DNA from: an uncultured Chloroflexia bacterium
GTDB taxonomy: Bacteria; Chloroflexota; Limnocylindria; Limnocylindrales; CSP1-4
Reading direction: 5' to 3'
Assembly: GCA_963752475.1 (NCBI GenBank)
Contig: CAVVYR010000008.1
Location: 480,001 to 544,000 of the forward strand
Length of the DNA stretch: 64,000 nucleotides
Shown here piece by piece: positions 1-9,769 of the stretch; the first letter of the stretch is position 1; the number at the start of each line of letters is the position of its first letter. A model generated the notes under the pieces. The model was not told the DNA's origin. It saw only the letters and a program-made list of their open reading frames with translations, and ran no database searches. The translations under genes were made by a program, and so were the position numbers.

Positions 1-164
1 GTGTCGGTGCCGTCGCCACGCAAGGCCTGACCGGAAAAGCCCGGTGCCAGTCGCCGGAACGCCTCGGTGCGGATATCGAGGATGACCACCTCGTGCCCCT
101 CTTCCGCCAGCTGGCTCGCCATGCCGGCGCCCACGCGCCCGCTACCTACGATGATCACACGCAT
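1..164 (-). CDS. trkA: TrkA/KtrA family potassium uptake NAD-binding (RCK_N) protein, 3' part outside window
   Basis: Manual translation MRVIIVGSGRVGAGMASQLAEEGHEVVILD...GDGTD; GxGxxG Rossmann motif typical of TrkA_N; follows USP gene by 2 nt. Confidence 0.85.
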   Translation of the reverse strand, partial: MRVIIVGSGRVGAGMASQLAEEGHEVVILDIRTEAFRRLAPGFSGQALRGDGTD

Positions 165-166
165 CG

Positions 167-655
167 TCAGACCCTCTTCATGGTTTCGTCGCGCCGCTCG
201 CTATCGGCCACCGGCTCTCGCACGACGATGACGCGGCAGGGGGCATTCTTGAAGACATAGGGGATGGTCTGGCCGAGGGCGAAATCGCCGCCGAAGCGCA
301 CCTTGTAGGGCAGACCCATCACGATGGCGTCGGCCTCGATGGCCACGGCCTCATCCACCAGCGCGGCGCCCACGTCGCGCGCCTGCAGCAGCTGCGACTC
401 GAGCGGCACACCTTCCTTCTCGGCGAGGCCTTCGGCCAGATCCAGCGCGCGCGATGCTTCCTCGCGTTGATCCTCGAGGTCATCGTCGAGGTCGTGGCTC
501 CAGTCCACCTCCACGACGTAGACCGCCATCAGCTCCGCCTCATCGGCACGGGCGAGCTTGCAGCCGCACTCGATGACGAGCTCGTCGGTGGGGCCGCCGT
601 CGAGGCTGAGGACCGCGCGCTTGACCGGCGCGCCGAGGGAGGTTTCGTTGGGCAC
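167..655 (-). CDS. universal stress protein (USP)
   Basis: USP fold motifs (AVLSLDG, AVYVVEV, ADAIVMG, G-T-YVFKNAPCRVIVVR). Confidence 0.85.
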   Translation of the reverse strand: MPNETSLGAPVKRAVLSLDGGPTDELVIECGCKLARADEAELMAVYVVEVDWSHDLDDDLEDQREEASRALDLAEGLAEKEGVPLESQLLQARDVGAALVDEAVAIEADAIVMGLPYKVRFGGDFALGQTIPYVFKNAPCRVIVVREPVADSERRDETMKRV

Positions 656-733
656 GATGGGCAGCCTACCACCGCCCCGCGGAGCCGGGCAGGACGATGT
701 GGGAGACGCTCGACCCGGCCGGCCACATGGGCG

Positions 734-2896
734 TCACCGGCGCCATCCGAAGCGCCGTCTCGGCGGTTCATCGGCGGCCTCCTCGACCGACCGATCTGGC
801 GCCTGTTCGGGGTCGGCGTCGGCGCGCACGCGGGTGTCAGGACCCTCGCTCTGGCGCATCGCGCCGTAGGGCACATCAGCCACGACCGTGTTGGGTCGGC
901 CCACGAGGGCTTCGCGGATGCGATGCGCCTTCTGATTGTGCAGGATCCTGTCCCACCAGTGGCGTGGCACGTAGTCGGGCAGGACTACGATGGTGATGGT
1001 GTTCGGTGGCGTCGGGGCCATGACGTCGAGGTAGTGCAGGAATGGCAGCACCAGCGAGCGGTACGGCGTCTCGATGATGACCAGCGGGACCTCCGGGAGC
1101 ATGCGCTCCCAATCCACCCGTAGCTCCTCCGCGGCTTCTGCATCGACGGTGATGTGCACCGCGCGCACTTCGTCGGAGAGCGTGCGTCCGAACTGCACCG
1201 AGCGCACCACCGCGCGCGAGAGTGAGGGCACCGGGATGATCACGCGGGACCTCTTGGTGGGCGCGCCGTACACGCGCGATTTGTCCACCTCCAACTCCTT
1301 GGCCGCGGTGTCGTACTCGTGGTGGATGAACCACATGATCGCCACCAGCACCGGGATGAGCACGAGCACGAGCAGCGAGGCCGGCGCCTTGACCACGGCC
1401 ACATCGATGGCCACCAGCCCGGTGATGACGGCGCCGATGGCGTTGACCGTGAGCCGCCTGCGGTAGCCCGCGGGCCGCTCGCGGAGCCAGTGGCGGATCA
1501 TGCCCGTCTGGCTGATGGTGAAGTCGATGAACACGCCCACCGCGTAGAGCGGGATGAGGGCGTGGGTGTCGCCCCCGAAGACGACGATGAGGATCCCGGC
1601 CAACACACCCAGGACGACGATGCCGGCGGTGAAGGCCAGGCGGTCACCGCGGTAGGCGAAGCGACGGGGCATGAAGTTGTCCTCGGCCAGCACGGCCGAC
1701 AGGCGCGGGAAGGCGGAGAAGGAGGTGTTGGCCGCAAGCATGAGGATGATGGCGGCGAAGGTGAGGAAGAGATAGAACCCGATCGACTCGAGGCCGAAGA
1801 CGTTGCCGGCGACCTGGGACAGGACCGTGGCCTCCTCGTTGGGTATCACTGCATAGCCGGTAGCCAGGAAGGTGACGCCGATGAAGAGCACGCCCAGCAG
1901 CACGGCCATGACCGCCAGAGTGGAAGCGGCGTTCTTCGACTCAGGCGGCTCGAAGGCGGGCACGCCCGTGGCGATGGCCTCGGTCCCGGTGAGTGCGACC
2001 GCGCCGGAGGCGAACGCGCGCATAGCCAGCAGCAGCACGGCCACCGACGCCAGGTCCAGCGAGGATTCCCGGATGGCAGGGTAGGAGGCGCCGGCCCCCT
2101 GGACCAGGATCTGCCACGCACCCAGCACGATCATCAGCAGCGCCGTGCCCACGAAGAGGTAGGTCGGGACGGCGAAGATGTTGCCGGCCTCGCGCACGCC
2201 GCGGAGGTTGGCCATGGTGACGGCCGCGACCACGACCACCGCGATGAGCACCTGCCACTCGCCGAGCGTGGGGATGGCCGCCACGATCTGCTCCGAGGCT
2301 GAGGAGATGGAGACCGCGACCGTGAGCACATAGTCGATGAGCAGGGCCGCAGCAGCCACGAGCGAGGGCAGCTTGCCCAGGTTGGCCTTGGATACCGAGT
2401 ACGAACCACCGCCGCTGGGGTAGGCCACCACGACCTGCCGGTAGCTGATGGCCACGACGCCCAGCAGCAGGGCGATGCTGATGGCCACCGGCAGTGCCAG
2501 ATGCAACGCCGCCAGGCCGACGCCCGCGAGCAGCAGCGCACGCAGGATCTCCTCGGTGGCATAGGCGCTCGATGAGATGGCGTCCGAGCTGAAGATGGCC
2601 AGGGCCTTCTTCTTTGATAGGCGCTCGCCGATCTCCTCGGCCGTGGCCAGCGGGCGCCCGAAGAGCGTGCGTCGGACCGCGGCCATGGCCCGGCCCCGCG
2701 TCTCGACTTCCTCGTGCGCCTTGGGCCGCGCTTCGAGCGCGCCCGAGGGCGTGTAGCGGAAGTACTCGCTTCGCGTGCGCTCGACGCGGACGCGCCGGTT
2801 GCCCGGCTTCTGGCCGCTCAGGCCGGCGGGTCTGGCTGTCTGGGTCGTTCGCTCCAGGTCGGATGGCGGCGGTGCGCCACCCTTGTCACTCGTCAT
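734..2896 (-). CDS. APC family permease, KimA/YdaO-like K+ transporter (copy 1)
   Basis: GRPL..ERLSKKKALAIFSSDAISSSAYATEE, YPSGGGSY, NLRGVRE, TGTEAI, LIPLYAVGVF, C-terminal PYRSL and WWDRILHNQ motifs. Confidence 0.9.
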   Translation of the reverse strand: MTSDKGGAPPPSDLERTTQTARPAGLSGQKPGNRRVRVERTRSEYFRYTPSGALEARPKAHEEVETRGRAMAAVRRTLFGRPLATAEEIGERLSKKKALAIFSSDAISSSAYATEEILRALLLAGVGLAALHLALPVAISIALLLGVVAISYRQVVVAYPSGGGSYSVSKANLGKLPSLVAAAALLIDYVLTVAVSISSASEQIVAAIPTLGEWQVLIAVVVVAAVTMANLRGVREAGNIFAVPTYLFVGTALLMIVLGAWQILVQGAGASYPAIRESSLDLASVAVLLLAMRAFASGAVALTGTEAIATGVPAFEPPESKNAASTLAVMAVLLGVLFIGVTFLATGYAVIPNEEATVLSQVAGNVFGLESIGFYLFLTFAAIILMLAANTSFSAFPRLSAVLAEDNFMPRRFAYRGDRLAFTAGIVVLGVLAGILIVVFGGDTHALIPLYAVGVFIDFTISQTGMIRHWLRERPAGYRRRLTVNAIGAVITGLVAIDVAVVKAPASLLVLVLIPVLVAIMWFIHHEYDTAAKELEVDKSRVYGAPTKRSRVIIPVPSLSRAVVRSVQFGRTLSDEVRAVHITVDAEAAEELRVDWERMLPEVPLVIIETPYRSLVLPFLHYLDVMAPTPPNTITIVVLPDYVPRHWWDRILHNQKAHRIREALVGRPNTVVADVPYGAMRQSEGPDTRVRADADPEQAPDRSVEEAADEPPRRRFGWRR

Positions 2897-3023
2897 GGGT
2901 CATGGCCCGGCGCCAAGGCGCCTGGTGAACACGCGCTTCGGTGGGAGGCCGTGGCGCGCTCATCGTTCCTTCATCGAAGCCGGGGCTGCGCCCTGCACCG
3001 GTGGGGCGGATACGCATCGGCGG

Positions 3024-3058
3024 CTTTCGTTTCGAAACTATCCGTACAACAACGAAAG
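3024..3058. promoter_or_regulatory. candidate operator/promoter upstream of KimA-like copy 1
   Basis: AT-rich island with perfect palindrome GTTTCGAAAC (3029-3038) and inverted repeat CTTTCGTT...AACGAAAG. Confidence 0.35.
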
Positions 3059-3110
3059 TGACAGGGGCACTTGGTCACGTGATACGGGCCGGATGGCGGG
3101 GCCGACGGCC

Positions 3111-5336
3111 CTACCTGGCGGCGTCGTCTTCGTGACCAGCCGCCTCGTCGGTCTCCTCCTGCGACGCCGTCGAAGCGTGCTCGCGGTTCTCGTCGCCGGA
3201 GCCATCACCGCGCGCGTCGTCGTTGCGGTGCCAGAGTCCACGGAAGCTGATGCCGGCGTGGCGGTGCTCGGAGCCGTAGGGCACGTCGGCCACGACCGTG
3301 TCAGGCCGTCCCACGAGCGCGTTCTTCAGCTGGTTGGCCGTCTGGTTGTAGAGGATACGATCCCAGAAGTGGCGCGGCACGTACTCGGGCAGGACCACGA
3401 TGGTGATGGTGTCCTCGTCCGTTGGCGCCATCACATCGAGGTAGTGCAGGAACGGCGTCACCAGTGAGCGGAACGGCGTCTCCACGATGACCAGGGGCAC
3501 GCCCGGCAGTGCCCTCTCCCACTCCCCGCGCAGTTTCTCGCCCTCGTCGAGATCGGAGGTGATGAGCACCGCCTTGACGTCGTCGCTCAGCGAGCGGCCG
3601 AATTGGACCGACTGCACCGACGCGCGCGAGAGGCTCATGACCGGGATGATCACGCGGTTGTCCTTGCGCGGCGCGTCGAAGACCTGGTCAGGATTGAGCT
3701 CGAGATCGCTGCCCACGGTGTCGTACTCGCGCCGGATGAACCACATGACCATGACCTGGACGGGCAGGACCACCAGCACCAGCAGGGACTCCGGCGCCTT
3801 GGAGATGATCACCGACACGAGGATGATTCCGGTGATGACCGCACCGAACGCGTTGATCACGAGCCGGACGCCCCAGCCCGGCGTCTTGTTGCGCAGCCAG
3901 TGCAGGACCATGCCCGACTGGCTGATGGTGAAGTCGGTGAAGATGGCCGTGGCGTAGATCGGGATGAGCGTGGTCGTGCTGCCGCCGAAGGCCACGATGA
4001 GCACCGCTGCCATCACGCCCAGCACGACGATGCCGAGGGTGTAGGCCAGGCGCTCACCGCGGAACGAGAACGCCCGCGGGAAGAAGCCGTCGCTGGCCAG
4101 CACCGAGGCCAGCACCGGGAAGGCTGCGAACGAGGTGTTGGCGGCGAGGATGAGGATGAGCGTGGTGAACGTGAGGAAGAGGAAGAAGCCGATCGAGCCC
4201 ACGCCGAAGACCGCCTCGGCCGACTGGGCGATGATCGTGGTCTCATCGTTGGGGATGAGGCCGTAGCCGTTGGCCAGGAACGTGATGCCGATGAAGAGGG
4301 TGCCCAGGATGACCGACATCACGGCCAGGGTCGTGGCCGCGTTCCGGGCCTCGGGCGGTCTGAAGGCGGGCACGCCGGTGGCGATGGCCTCGGTGCCGGT
4401 CAGGCCGACCGAGCCGGCCGAGAAGGCCCGCACGGCCAGCAGCACCAGCGCCAGGCTGCTCATGTCTGCGGTCGCACCAGACAGCGAGGGGTAGGCCGCG
4501 TCCACTCCCTGGACCATGATCTGATACGCGCCCAGGCCGATCATCAGCAGGGCCATGCCCAGGAAGAGGTAGGTCGGGATGGCGAAGATGTTGCCCGCCT
4601 CACGCAGGCCGCGGAGGTTGCCGAGGGTGATGAGGAAGACGGCACCGACCGCGATGAACGTCTTCCAGTCGGCCAGGGCCGGCGCGGCCGAGGCGATCTG
4701 GTCCGAGGCTGACGACACCGACACCGCCACCGTCAGCACATAGCCCACGAGCAGGGCGCTGGCGGCGACCAGCGAGGGGATCTTGCCGAAGGTCGCCTTG
4801 GAGACCGAGTACGAGCCGCCGCCGGTGGGGTAGGCCATCACGATCATGCGGTAGGAGAGCGCCACGACGCCGAGCAGGACGGCCAGGGCGATCGAGACCG
4901 GCAGCGACAGCGAGAGATAGCCGTAGCCGACCCCGGCGGTGGCACCGGCCAGGACCAGCGCGCGCAGGATCTCCTCGGTGGCATAGGCACTCGAGGAGAT
5001 CGCGTCCGAGCTGAAGATGGCCAGCGCCTTCTTCTTGGGCAGGCGCTCCTCGCCCTCTTCCTCAGAGGCCAGCGGGCGGCCGAAGAGCACGCGCCGAGCC
5101 GCAGCCAGGCCACGACCCAGCGGGCGCTTCTCCTCGTGGGCCTTGGGTCGGGCCACGAGCGTGTCCTTGGCGGCGTAGCGGAAGTACTCCGCCTGTGGAC
5201 GTTCCACCCGGACGCGGCGGTCGCCGAGCTTGCGCCCCCTCAGGCTCGCGTGCCGGGATGCGGGGCTGCTGGAGCGACTGCTGTCGCCTCCACCTCCACC
5301 ATCGTCGTCGCCGTTGCCGCGGCGTTCGTCGGCCAT
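3111..5336 (-). CDS. APC family permease, KimA/YdaO-like K+ transporter (copy 2)
   Basis: Same motifs as 734..2896; clear tandem paralog. Confidence 0.9.
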   Translation of the reverse strand: MADERRGNGDDDGGGGGDSSRSSSPASRHASLRGRKLGDRRVRVERPQAEYFRYAAKDTLVARPKAHEEKRPLGRGLAAARRVLFGRPLASEEEGEERLPKKKALAIFSSDAISSSAYATEEILRALVLAGATAGVGYGYLSLSLPVSIALAVLLGVVALSYRMIVMAYPTGGGSYSVSKATFGKIPSLVAASALLVGYVLTVAVSVSSASDQIASAAPALADWKTFIAVGAVFLITLGNLRGLREAGNIFAIPTYLFLGMALLMIGLGAYQIMVQGVDAAYPSLSGATADMSSLALVLLAVRAFSAGSVGLTGTEAIATGVPAFRPPEARNAATTLAVMSVILGTLFIGITFLANGYGLIPNDETTIIAQSAEAVFGVGSIGFFLFLTFTTLILILAANTSFAAFPVLASVLASDGFFPRAFSFRGERLAYTLGIVVLGVMAAVLIVAFGGSTTTLIPIYATAIFTDFTISQSGMVLHWLRNKTPGWGVRLVINAFGAVITGIILVSVIISKAPESLLVLVVLPVQVMVMWFIRREYDTVGSDLELNPDQVFDAPRKDNRVIIPVMSLSRASVQSVQFGRSLSDDVKAVLITSDLDEGEKLRGEWERALPGVPLVIVETPFRSLVTPFLHYLDVMAPTDEDTITIVVLPEYVPRHFWDRILYNQTANQLKNALVGRPDTVVADVPYGSEHRHAGISFRGLWHRNDDARGDGSGDENREHASTASQEETDEAAGHEDDAAR

Positions 5337-5342
5337 ACCCGG

Positions 5343-6065
5343 CTAGACCCCCATCTCGAGTCGGTCGGCCAGGCGGCCCGGCAGCTTGGTGGCACGGATA
5401 GCGTCCTGCGTGGCCTCGATGTCGTAGTCGAAGCGCAGCCACTCGACTTCCGCGGACGCCGTATCGATGGTCATGGCGCAGGCGCGCGGGTCGCCATCCC
5501 GCGGCTGGCCCACCGAGCCAGGGTTGAGGATGCAGCGGCGTGCATCGAGCGTGAGCCTGGCCTCATCCTCGGCCAGGAGTGCCTCCACCTGACCGTCGTC
5601 GTCGCGGAACGTGAGTTGGTGGTGGGTGTGGCCCACGATGCAGTAGGGCGTCTCGAAGGCAGCCAGGTTGATGCGCGCGGCGGGCACCGAGAAGAGGTAC
5701 TCCCAGAGGGGGTCGCGCGGGCTGCCGTGCGCGAGCGTGAAGTCACCCTCGACGCGCGTCTCCGGCAGCTCGGCCAGCCAGTCGAGGTTGGCCGGCTTCA
5801 TCTTCTCGGCCGTCCACTCGACAGCCGCCTTGGCCAAGTCGTTGAACGTGCCCGTGGGGATCCGCCCCAGGACGGCGGCGTCATGGTTGCCCTGGACGGC
5901 GACCACATCGAGTTCGGACAGTCGCTCCACGACCTCGTCGGGATGCGGTCCGTAGCCCACGATGTCGCCCAGGACCCACAGTTGGTCGAAGGTGCGGACG
6001 GCCTCGAGGGCGGCCTCGAGGGCAGGGGCATTGGAGTGGATGTCCGAGAGGACCGCGACGCGCAT
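5343..6065 (-). CDS. metallophosphoesterase (calcineurin-like, YfcE-type)
   Basis: SDIHSN, LGDIVGYG, GNHD, AHGSP, GHTH, NPGSVGQPRDGDPRA motifs; start chosen at MRVAVL. Confidence 0.9.
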   Translation of the reverse strand: MRVAVLSDIHSNAPALEAALEAVRTFDQLWVLGDIVGYGPHPDEVVERLSELDVVAVQGNHDAAVLGRIPTGTFNDLAKAAVEWTAEKMKPANLDWLAELPETRVEGDFTLAHGSPRDPLWEYLFSVPAARINLAAFETPYCIVGHTHHQLTFRDDDGQVEALLAEDEARLTLDARRCILNPGSVGQPRDGDPRACAMTIDTASAEVEWLRFDYDIEATQDAIRATKLPGRLADRLEMGV

Positions 6066-6133
6066 CGGCGCGAGCGTAGCAGGGCGCACGATGCCGCGAG
6101 CCGTGCGCGTCGCAGCCGCCCGATCGGCACCGT

Positions 6134-6982
6134 TCAGCGCTTCCTCCGGCGCCGCACACCGGCTGGGCGCGGATAGGCCCCCGGCGTCGTGCGCTCCTTG
6201 GGCACCACCACCAGGCGATGGTCCGCCAGCGACGGCGCCTGCACCGGAACCACGCGAGGCCGACCGGCTCCAGCGGCTCGGATGATGGAGCCGGCGCCCT
6301 GCAGTTCGGCCCGTAGTCCACCGCGCTCCTCCTCGCGCTTCCAGACCACGACGGCGCCGCCGACCCTCGTCAGTGGCAGGCTCAGCTCCAGCACCTCAGC
6401 GAGGGAGCCGACAGCGCGCGAGACGACGACGTCCCAGGCTTCGCGCACCTCCTCGATCTCGGCCACGGCCTCGGCTCGCTCACCGATGGCTTCGATCTGC
6501 ACGGCCGCCTCGGGATCGTCCACTGCATCGGCCAGGATGGCGGACACGGCGTCACCAGCGACCTCGAGGAAGCGGGCCTTCTTGCCCACCGAGTCCAGCA
6601 GTGAGACGCCGCCCAGCGGCAGGGCCGCCGCCAGGGGCAGCCCCGGGTAGCCGCCACCACTGCCGATGTCCAGCAGGCTCACGCCGGGCCGCACCAGCGG
6701 CTCCAGGACCGGTACCGCGCTGAGGGCGTCGCAGACATGGCGCAGCGCCATGGCCTCGGGGTCTCGGATGGCGGTGAGGTTGATAGCGCGGTTCCAGTCG
6801 CGCAGCAGCCGGGCGTGGGCCTCGTACGTGCGGCGCGCGAGGGCCGAGCCGGCGCGCGTATCAAGCAGGTCCAGTTCGGTCAGCCCGGCCTCGAGGGCGG
6901 CCTCGAAGGCCTCGCCCATGGGTTCCAGGGTCGCAGGGTCGGTGGGAAGCTCGCGGCGCCGCGGGGCAGCGGGTTCGGTCAA
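6134..6982 (-). CDS. rsmG: 16S rRNA (guanine(527)-N7)-methyltransferase RsmG
   Basis: WNRAINLTAI, H..D, LDIGSGGGYPGLPLA, LDSVGKKARFL, RAE, SRAV, YPRPAG motifs; TTG start. Confidence 0.92.
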   Translation of the reverse strand: MTEPAAPRRRELPTDPATLEPMGEAFEAALEAGLTELDLLDTRAGSALARRTYEAHARLLRDWNRAINLTAIRDPEAMALRHVCDALSAVPVLEPLVRPGVSLLDIGSGGGYPGLPLAAALPLGGVSLLDSVGKKARFLEVAGDAVSAILADAVDDPEAAVQIEAIGERAEAVAEIEEVREAWDVVVSRAVGSLAEVLELSLPLTRVGGAVVVWKREEERGGLRAELQGAGSIIRAAGAGRPRVVPVQAPSLADHRLVVVPKERTTPGAYPRPAGVRRRRKR

Positions 6983-7044
6983 GGCAGGATTCCCCAGGAG
7001 ATGATCGGTGATCGGTCAGGGCGCGATCGTGACCGAGACACGAA

Positions 7045-7275
7045 AAGTGCGCCGGAAGCGACCCTCCTCATGGCCGGTTCGCGGTCGTCGTCGCGAACAC
7101 GGTACCCGGGCCAAAGCCGCTCCCGGCGCTGGAACGTTCCTCGCACCCGTCGGCGTTTCGGTCTTCCGACACCCGGACGGTCGTCGCGTATGGATCTCTC
7201 CATACATCGTCACGGGCGGCGTTACCGTACTCCGCCGCTGCACGACACCACGTAGGGCACCGCGTGGTGCAGGAA
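7045..7275 (-). ncRNA. candidate structured ncRNA or long leader of unknown class
   Basis: Several hairpins (GTATGGA-GAGA-TCCATAC; GCGGCG/CGCCGC; 14-bp GCGCCGGGAGCGGC/GTCGCTTCCGGCGC stem followed by ACTTTT) behind a TTGACG-N17-GACACT promoter-like element. Confidence 0.45.
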
Positions 7276-7279
7276 GGGC

Positions 7280-7308
7280 AGTGTCCGCAGCCATGAGCGG
7301 GCCGTCAA
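7280..7308 (-). promoter_or_regulatory. sigma70-like promoter
   Basis: TTGACG-N17-GACACT on minus strand. Confidence 0.45.
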
Positions 7309-7313
7309 GCGGG

Positions 7314-7376
7314 TTATCCACGATTCACGGTGCCTACTGGCACCACTGTGGAAAACCCGGCTCTGACGGTGGATAA
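7314..7376. promoter_or_regulatory. cluster of three DnaA-box-like 9-mers
   Basis: TTATCCACG (7314-7322,+), TTTTCCACA (7347-7355,-), TTATCCACC (7368-7376,-); each one mismatch from TTATCCACA. Confidence 0.55.
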
Positions 7377-7409
7377 GCCCCCGCGCCGGTGGACATCGGT
7401 GCCGATCGG

Positions 7410-7769
7410 TCAGGCGTCGGAGTTGCGGCTGGTGCTGCGCGCCGGACGGCCCATCCCGCGGCGCACCACGTCCATGACCTCCGAGGTGGCGGTGTCAGGG
7501 TCGCCGCTCTTGGCGGCCGATGTGACGCAACCCTGGACGTGGTCCTCCATCAGCAGCATGGTCACCGAGTCGACCGCGGCTCGCAGGGCTGCGGTCTGCT
7601 GCAGGATGTCGACGCAGTCCTCGTCCCGCTCGATCATGCGCGACACACCCCGGACCTGGCCCTCCATGCGTGCCAGCCGACGCAGCACCTGTTCACGCGA
7701 GCCCCCGTAGGGTCGCGTCTGGGGCGCTGTCCGACTTCGCCGCTTGCCTGCGCTGGAGCTGCCGCTCAC
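7410..7769 (-). CDS. csoR: CsoR/RcnR family metal-sensing transcriptional repressor
   Basis: RRLARMEGQVRGVSRMIERDEDCVDILQQ...EDHVQGCV (C-H-C ligands); GTG start after GGGAGA RBS. Confidence 0.88.
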   Translation of the reverse strand: MSGSSSAGKRRSRTAPQTRPYGGSREQVLRRLARMEGQVRGVSRMIERDEDCVDILQQTAALRAAVDSVTMLLMEDHVQGCVTSAAKSGDPDTATSEVMDVVRRGMGRPARSTSRNSDA

Positions 7770-7790
7770 CGCTGTCTCCCATACCGATCG

Positions 7791-7807
7791 ATACTGGGTG
7801 GGAGTAT
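7791..7807. promoter_or_regulatory. CsoR-type operator
   Basis: ATACT-GGGTGGG-AGTAT: G-tract flanked by an AT-rich inverted repeat, 22 nt upstream of csoR start. Confidence 0.7.
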
Positions 7808-7822
7808 ATCGAACGCGACCGA

Positions 7823-8241
7823 CTACGGCGCTGGCGGCTTCTCGGCGAAGAGCTCGAGGACGCCCCAGGTCGCGACGGCCATGCCCACGACGGCCAGCCA
7901 CAGTCCCGGTGCATCGAGCGGCGTGAGACGGTACTGCTCCTCGCCTCCGAGGAGGTCGATGATCGCCACCGCCAACCCGCCGATACCCACCACCAGGAGG
8001 GCCAGGAACGTGACCGGTCGGTCGAGCGTGACCTGTCGCGTCTCGGTGGTGAATGGCAGCACGATGAGCGCCAGCATCAGCACAGCGGCGATGAACATGA
8101 CCACGCCTGGGCCGGCGAAGCCCCACTCGGTGCTCACCGGCAGCACGATGCCTCCCGCCGTCTGCCAGGCCAGGAACATGGAGATGATGCCGAGCACCGC
8201 GCCGATCGCGATGAGCGAGCGGCCTCGGCCGAGACCTCGCC

Positions 8242-8245
<4 letters not shown>
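7823..8245 (-). CDS. hypothetical membrane protein (about 4 TM)
   Basis: Four hydrophobic segments; 4-nt overlap with hpt stop. Confidence 0.75.
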
Positions 8246-8799
<554 letters not shown>

Positions 8800-8846
8800 G
8801 CGCTCCGCTCCTCCTTCGTGGCTTGGGTGGCGCGCTCCGGGCGCGG

Positions 8847-9272
8847 TCAGTGGTTGCGCGGCTGCGTGGGCGCGGCTCCCGAGGCATCGGCCGCGACGAC
8901 CTTCTTGGGCGGGGGCTGGCCCTCGATACCGATGAGCGAGGCGGCCGCATCGAGGCGACCGTACTTGAGCATCAGCGCCTTGAAGTCGCGAGCGTAGAAC
9001 AGCTTGATCCTGATCATGGGGTAGAGCTCGCGCAGATGCCGCAACTTGCGGTTCTTCTTGCGCACGAGGCTCTGCTTGAGCGTGGTCAGCTCGACGTAGA
9101 GCTCCAGCTCCGGCAGATAGAAGTCCGGCGCGAACGACTCCACCACCATGCCCTCCGTGTTCCAGCGGATGGGGAAGGTGTGCGGCTCGTACTCCCACTC
9201 GACCTTGTAGTAGTCGAGGATGCGGGCCAGCTCGCCTTCGCTGGCGTGGGCGAAGTGGGGAGTCGCGGTCAA
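8847..9272 (-). CDS. PD-(D/E)XK-like (restriction endonuclease-fold) hypothetical protein
   Basis: FAHASE..LARILDYY.VEWEYEP..F...FAPDFYLPELELYVELTT pattern. Confidence 0.7.
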   Translation of the reverse strand: MTATPHFAHASEGELARILDYYKVEWEYEPHTFPIRWNTEGMVVESFAPDFYLPELELYVELTTLKQSLVRKKNRKLRHLRELYPMIRIKLFYARDFKALMLKYGRLDAAASLIGIEGQPPPKKVVAADASGAAPTQPRNH

Positions 9273-9628
9273 CGCGCCTCACCATCGAAGCGAGCGATGA
9301 GCTGATGCACGTCGCCCTCGAAGTCATCGAGCAGGTGGTGGACGTCAAGCACGTCATCCGCTGTCACGGGCCCGCCATCTGGGGCCGCGTCCGGATCGGG
9401 CTCCTCCACGCGCACGAGCTCACCACCCTCGAGGGTGGCGCTGTCGCCATCGATCTGGATGGTCACGATGGCCACGGCCTGCGAGCCGCAGTGATCGCAT
9501 GACAGATCCACGAAGAAGAGCTCCTCACGCTGGGCGATGAGACGGATGTGTCCCTGGCCGTAGGCCTGTCCGCATGCCGCACAGCCGAAGGACGCAAGCT
9601 CGCTCGTCAACCAACTCTCAGCGTCCAT
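9269..9628 (-). CDS. zinc-ribbon hypothetical protein
   Basis: CAAC...CDHC pairs and C-terminal VTADDVLDVHHLLDDF; overlaps next gene. Confidence 0.75.
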   Translation of the reverse strand: MDAESWLTSELASFGCAACGQAYGQGHIRLIAQREELFFVDLSCDHCGSQAVAIVTIQIDGDSATLEGGELVRVEEPDPDAAPDGGPVTADDVLDVHHLLDDFEGDVHQLIARFDGEAR

Positions 9629-9769
9629 GTCCTCAGTCTATCGGCAGTGTCATGCGGGGACGTTGCGTCGGTGTTGCCATTGGGGTCCGATTCGCGAATC
9701 GGCGTGTCGGGCTTGTTCATGCGTGGTATACCGAGGCGACCCAAGAGAAACAGAGGAGGAGTCACTCGC

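Noticed and set aside
2897-3110. c-di-AMP (ydaO) riboswitch expected ahead of a KimA-like gene
   Set aside because: Could not find the GCTGAA / GGGGGACCC / GTCAGCTAAC conserved blocks
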